Positions 62,071 to 64,000 of a stretch of 64,000 nt of DNA are shown piece after piece. Made by a program: the position numbers and the translations under genes. The notes below the pieces were generated by a model that searched no databases, was not told where the DNA came from, and saw only the letters and a list, made by a program, of their open reading frames with translations. The DNA is taken from the NCBI RefSeq assembly GCF_006345805.1, contig NC_042999.1, positions 87,544,001 through 87,608,000 of the forward strand. Direction: 5' to 3'. Position 1 is the stretch's first letter, and every line of letters begins with the position of its first letter. This DNA comes from Octopus sinensis (taxonomy: Eukaryota).

Positions 62071-63457
62071 TATCGCTAGACAGGTGACAGGTAGTTCTGG
62101 ATCTTCATGTTTTTGGTTCACCCTCAACCCAAAGGTAAGTTTGACATTTTGACTATCTCTGGATCGCAGAATAAAATACCTGTCATATACCTGAGTCACT
62201 GAAATTTTCTACTCAAAGCTGTTGGCTTTGCTTCTGAATTACAAACAATTATAAATCACTTTGCTTTTATCGCACAGGAGGTCTATAAAATATGTACCTG
62301 TCAGACATAAGATTTGATTTAATTATTTTTATTGTTTATTCATTAATACTCATTGGCTAATTCATAATTAGTTAATTAAGAATATGACCTTCTTAGAAAA
62401 TGACTATGATGTAATGCATTCCTATTCCAAAAAGATTTTTGATGCTTTATTTATAGGAGACAGGGCTACATTTAAGCTCTTTTTATGAGCTTCCGAGACT
62501 GTGGAGAAGAAAGTAAGATGTTATCTTTAGATTAGGTGGCATTGTTTTCAAAAGGGAGAACTAAATAACACAAGGTTCTGGGGGTGGTATTAGACGTAGG
62601 TGACGGGATAGATTAAATCTCTCACACAAGAACAGGAATAGTTCCGTTATATGGCTTCTACGCTCGTCTCGTCCACCAAAGTTTACTCACAGGGTAATTT
62701 TACTCGACCTTTGCTATATCAGAAAGCACTTATTCAAGGTGCTATGCAGAAGGATCGAAACGAAAATAATATGGTTATGAAACAAAATGCTGAAACTTGA
62801 GGTTTTACATGGATGCACATATGTTTCCAAGAAATATCTTCATACTTACCAAAATACTTTCTACTTTTTAGTTTCTCTAGTATCTCCTACTCACACAGAG
62901 TTCATTATGAAACATCTTATTAAACTTTTCACTGTTGTTTAGTTGTCATACATGAGAGAGTAAGCACTTTGTTTCTTCCTTATTGACTACTCCACACAAT
63001 TACCTATCAAGATTATCCCAGAAATCACCGTTGTTTGACAGCATTCACAGGTATGTTAATATTGCTCATGAACAGGAATAGAGATTATAGTTGCATACAA
63101 TGAAGTTTTGAAGTATACAGAAATAGTAGTATTTATATATAGAAATATACATTTAAAATCTGGTAATCAGAACAAAAGATAGCGAAAGCACACAAAGGGC
63201 TTCACAATATCTTTGAAAACAAATAAAGATATCGGAAGAAGCAGAGCAAACGTTGATTGGAAGAAGATATTCTAAAAATAAAGTTACTGTAATTCAGAGA
63301 TTTTGACAAGTATTCAATTTGTTGACTTTGCAAGACTACAAGGTCGGGACAAACATGTGTATAGGATCGTGTTGGGACAGCAGAGAGAAGAAATGGGAGA
63401 TGACCGATGATCAATAAAGAAAGGAATAAGAACAGAGAACGAGAAAGAGGAAAGAGG

Positions 63458-63543
<86 letters not shown>
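63458..63543. repeat. (GT)n(GA)n compound microsatellite
   Basis: Seen directly. Confidence 0.95.
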
Positions 63544-63547
<4 letters not shown>

Positions 63548-64000
63548 GAAAGGGCGAGAGAGATGAAATTAAAAAGTATAGGAACTGATGGGAAGGGAAA
63601 GTAAGGAAAGGAGCTGCAAATTAGAAAAGAAGAATGAAAATAGACATAAAGGAAAGTGAAGATGGATAAAAGGAGAAATGGCTGGAGACTAGACGAGATA
63701 TCAGAATGGATAGGCACGAGATAGAAATGATAAAAGCGGTCTGGAGACATGGATAGATTTTTCAGCGACTGGGAAGAAATTAGACGCAATGAAGATTAGA
63801 GATAAATGGATATTAGAAGGAAGTAAGTAAACAATAGAGGCTAAAGGGGAATAATGAAGTTGATGAAGACGTAAATAGAATGGTCACTATATAAACTAAC
63901 AACCTTCATGAACGCCACATCTACTGATACAGTTACAGCAACACGCGTACATACACATATACCCATGTACGGACGCACGAAGGCACACAGACTGATCTCT

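Noticed and set aside
62080-62140. Consensus donor AAG|GTAAGT with an open 55-nt frame
   Set aside because: Upstream acceptor has no pyrimidine tract and lies in a SINE tail.

Overview
AT-rich, repeat-saturated eukaryotic DNA, most likely an octopus (coleoid cephalopod) intron or intergenic region. The taxon is an inference from recognisable tRNA-derived SINE families and the microsatellite load. No host protein-coding gene can be named, and only weak exon or promoter candidates are visible (4.4, 14.4, 23.5, 30.4 and 37.3 kb). Most ORFs in the supplied track are microsatellite translations or decayed transposon frames. Identifiable content: three R4/Dong-like RLE LINE pieces, a CR1-like LINE, RTE LINE pieces, many Penelope-like (GIY-YIG) remnants, four Tc1/mariner-type elements, about 20 SINE copies or fragments, five TA-flanked foldback elements, long microsatellites and one 100-N gap. 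The most interesting signal is two structurally intact type I hammerhead ribozyme motifs (24509-24601 and 41407-41452). Each lies inside a short (340-390 bp) ORF-less element bounded by near-perfect inverted repeats at TA-rich sites. A third, decayed hammerhead sits just downstream of a Penelope-like ORF (43782-43870). All family calls come from manual translation and motif memory, not database searches.
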